A stretch of DNA of 64,000 nucleotides from Sphagnum compactum (taxonomy: Eukaryota): assembly GCA_965153455.1 (NCBI GenBank), contig OZ234493.1:34586213-34650212 (forward strand), written 5' to 3'. This document shows, in pieces, positions 60,124 through 64,000 of the stretch. A model generated the notes under the pieces. That model had not been told where the DNA came from, did no database searches, and was given only the letters and a program-made list of their open reading frames with translations. The position numbers and the translations under genes are program-made. Numbering within the stretch: position 1 is the stretch's first letter; each line of letters starts with the position of its first letter.

Positions 60124-61924
60124 GTACCCCTAATCCTACTTGCACCCTTAGATCATACAAGCAAATCCTTTGAATTTGGAAACTTAAACCCTAACTAAAC
60201 CCTAATTATTCATACATTGAAAATCAAATATGGGAAAAGAAATTAACCTAGATGGTGGAAGGAATTGCAAACCTCAAAAATTGACAAAGATGGTGTAATG
60301 AACATGGAATTTTCAAACATCCAGTCGAGAATCAAATGATTAATGAAGGTTTTAAGAACCTAAGCAATGAAAGCCTACAATGTGCCAATTTGTTGACTTG
60401 TGCACATATTCCTCCATAATGAAATTTGAGCCTTGAACCCTAGCCTTTGAAGCTCAAATCACCATTGACACCTTGACAAGTTCCAAATTCCAAATCTCAA
60501 TTTCCAAAAAATTGATATGCAAGATTAAAAGTAATAAGCTTTAGATGCAAAAACATGAATTTAAAAATTTAGAAAACTGGTCACCAAAGCCATACCTACA
60601 AGTCTGGTGATTGAAAGTGAGAGCATTTAAAAATTTGATAGAATTTTGAACCTTGTTTCAAGAAATAACATTTCATTAGCTATTGTAACTTGCAAGCAAT
60701 TGTTATTATGGTTGCCCAATGCCCATATCCCACAATGATAAAATCCCTTTTCAGTCATTATTTTAGAGTTTGAAGTCTAGACCAACTCGTACACCAAATC
60801 TCTTCCAAGTCGTATCCCAACTCGTACAATTTCATGTATAGAAAAAGAAATCCCAATTGCATTAAAAAAATTCCCATGATATGGACATAAACCCCATTCA
60901 AAGCTCCCATAATGATGGATACTCATTCCCCAATCACACATCTAGACTTCCTAGCAAAAAACCCTACCTTTATTGCCATTAAATGAATGCTGCCATCATA
61001 GACTAACTTTGCAATCCCCTAGGGATCTTCATCATCTCCTAAACATGCCCCTAACCTAAACATTCTAATTTAAAACTCCATGTTTTAGCCTTGAAGTAGT
61101 CGAAGGTTAGAAGATTAGGAATCCACTAACTTTTGTTTTGCAAAAAAACAAAGACATAAAGGCCTTTATCATAATTTGTAGATGACATTTTTGGAGAATC
61201 AAATCCCTCAACGTTACCAAATCGTATGAATAATGTCATAACAATACTATTCCATCAAGTACGATGAAAACACAATGTCCACAATGAATTGAAAAACATA
61301 GAAAACACATAAAACATTTCGATCACTTCAATGTCTTGTATTCACTTGCAAACAAACAAAACACACAAATGCCCAATTGAAGAAAACACTAAAAGGAGAT
61401 GCATTTTTTCATAAAACAAAGAAGAAAAACCCTACATATAGAAATCAAAGACAGGAACCCATCCATAAAAAATACAAGGCAAATGAGAGCACAAGAAGAC
61501 AAAAGAAAAAACAAAAACAAACAATCAACAAAAATAAAGTAAAAACCTTATGCAAATAGGACCCATGGCTACAAAATGACAATCAATGATAAAAAGAAAA
61601 CCTAAGATGAAAGAGTTGTTGTTTGCCATAGATTGGTTAGTTATGAAGGTGCACTAGCTATGAGTGTGAAAGAGATGAGGAACCTCGACCAAGTGCAGTA
61701 GCCCGCTAAAAAATCATTATGGCTTGCACACGCTATAAGGCTATGGACAAGCATTGTCAATAGTAAGAAACAAACATCGAGGAAATTAAAAGAAACCATT
61801 GAAGACATTCGATAATGGTTTGTGCACAAGCAATAAAAAATGAATCAAAACGAGAATGAAGACACCCATATGTCTCAATAGTGAGAGGAATGATGAAATT
61901 GCCTAGTGTTCGTTCGACATATGA

Positions 61925-62105
61925 TCATGTTTTCTCCTGAGCAATCATCATCACTGTATGTACTATCATCATTGATGTTCGTTGAACCATATCTGTGCGA
62001 GTTGGGTTAACAATGACAATGTCCATCAAAGTTTGAAAACCATCATGGTGATAAGGATATCCACTTGTCATCAGGTGTGACGATGGAACAGGTGGGAAAC
62101 CTTTG
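61925..62105 (-). mobile_element. Fragment of a degenerate RLE-type non-LTR retrotransposon ORF
   Basis: Frameshifted KVSHLFHRHT..VDILIT / DGFQTLMDIVIVNPTRTDMVQR..AQEKT resembles the R.D..(D/E)V...P region of the restriction-like endonuclease. Confidence 0.5.
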
Positions 62106-62851
62106 ATTATTCCACTCCTTGAGATGAGCCAAAAGATCTGGAACCTTATTCCTGTCACTGTCTCTTTTGTCTTCATTAGGTTAGATTTCAATCTTCATAA
62201 CCATGTTCCCATGTTTGAGAAAAAAATAATCACCATTTACACATCACCCCAAGAACATCCCCATCGCCCTGGGCTATTTAACATCACTTTGGGAGTTACC
62301 TCCCATCCATGATGGATGAAAAAATTCCTCATCCCATCCAGTCCCCATAGGAGCTAATTTGATTAACCATGTTTCCGTTGTTGTTCCCTGTGGGTTCAAA
62401 TGCTTTTTGGTTCACTGTGTTCCCAATGGCTGTAATCCGACGTCAGATTATGGCCATTGGCAACAAACTGAAGCAAAAAACCTCCAAATAAATCTATCTC
62501 TAGTTTTCGTTTTTCTCTTAAATTTTTGGATTGTTGCAGGGTAGTATACAAATGTAAGTAACTTGTCGTCAATGCAGAGGGCTTGGGATCAAACCGCTCC
62601 ACACTTGTTTTTTGGCCTTAAAATGCACAAGTGTTGCAACGCTGTCTGCAACACCCACCAACATAGGTATTGCAAAAATCTTGACCACAAAAAATTCTAA
62701 GGCATGGGAACGAAACAATCAAGCTCATCCAACATCTTCTGTCCAGGTAAACATGATGGTTGTTTCCTCTCAGCCGTCTCCATTCTATTTGGGTCTCAAT
62801 CAATGTTTACAACATCCGTCATACGTGGTTAATTATTCCCATCCCCACCCA

Positions 62852-63289
62852 TCTATCTATGAAGGAAGGTAGTTTGTTTGTTTTGTTTGTACTTATGAGA
62901 TCCACCGAACCAGGATGCTTCAGATTGTGTTCTTGGTCTCTTTAGAAAGCTCTTGAGGAGGAGGGGTGCATTGGCTTGGTTCCATGACATTTGGACTTAC
63001 AGTGCAAAAGTTCTTGAATATTGAATGATTTCTTCACTGAAAATTAAATTAAATCGTAGCTGAGAATTTTGGAGGAATTGGAATGTCCTTTGGTGTTGTT
63101 GGCAAGATCTTGATGAGCAGGATTTAATGGAATTTACTTGGTAAGATTTGGATTCAGACTGTGGGAGAAATTGTTTTTAAGTGATTTCTGCTGCTGAAAA
63201 TTCAAATAAATTCCAAAAAGCCAGGATTTATAATGAAAAATCAGTTGAGGACGTGGTAACACTTGGGCCAACTGCACAGGCCACACTAT
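62852..63289 (+). mobile_element. Non-autonomous Helitron-like element
   Basis: 5' end A|TC; 3' hairpin GGCC-AACTGCACA-GGCC followed by ACACTA; homologous to 34015-34420. Confidence 0.62.
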
Positions 63290-64000
63290 AAACATGAAAA
63301 ATTAAGCAGCATAAAGTGAGAGGGTATCCAAATATCACCACCTGGACCAATCAGTATGACCAGCCAATCAAACACAAATCATTTCCTGGCCCTCCCGGAT
63401 GGAGGTCACTGTATCAAGGGTACAGTTACAGTCCTGAACTGACCTCCACACTATTTGAAATCTACTTCATCCAAAAAATAGTGTGTACATGTTGTTTTAC
63501 TGCTGTGGGTGCAAATAGATGCTGTTTGCTCTCACTCTGCCAATGTACCTTGCCTTAGGCAAAGGTGAAGAGTGCTCTACTGTTGCACCAACAAGTTGAT
63601 AGTTGACTACTGAGGTTAGAAGTGTCCACTGAGTGATCACCAACTTAGGAAGAGATTGCCCAAACGTTCCTAATAATTGCAATGGATAATCTATTTTGCA
63701 GTTTCTTGTTAATGTATGGCAAATGCATCCATCCGATGCAATAACAATTACCTTCTGTTCAGAGCTTTTCAAGCTTCTTTGATTGGCCCTCCTCCCATCT
63801 CTCACTGTGCATAATCCCTCCCCCTTCTTTTGTTTCTTGCATACATCATCCAGACAGAGGAGAATGGTTATGGATTTTCGTCCATGGAGAAGAAGGTTAT
63901 ATGTTTTTTCATTCATAGCCATGCAGCACCTGTATAAATTTTCGTATCATCCTGTTAAGGACAAGCAAACTTATTTATATGTCAAGGGCTGGTAAGGTTT

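Overview
This is AT-rich, repeat-dense eukaryotic nuclear DNA from a plant. The gene and repeat style suggests a bryophyte, possibly Sphagnum-like, but that is inference. Two intact-looking protein-coding genes are supported. One is a bestrophin-like/UPF0187 (VCCN-type) anion channel on + (19543-20607, no introns in the conserved core). The other is a three-exon 2-oxoglutarate/Fe(II) dioxygenase resembling GA20ox/GA3ox on - (30010-32263). The rest is mostly transposon debris: a GC-rich, near-complete but disabled L1/Tx1-type LINE (~45.3-50.5 kb), a decayed DDE transposase with a GHTHE motif (~2.7-5.4 kb), a Copia RNase H-PPT-LTR stub, two hAT transposase C-terminal fragments, a CACTA-like element carrying a satellite and one of those hAT fragments, a 1.5 kb foldback palindrome, Helitron-like and hAT-like miniature elements, and many short tandem duplications. 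I saw no rRNA, intact tRNA or CRISPR array, and I cannot support a clearly new multi-gene system. The best leads are the GA-oxidase-like enzyme, the channel lacking an obvious transit peptide, and several unusual TE architectures. All calls were made by eye without database searches.
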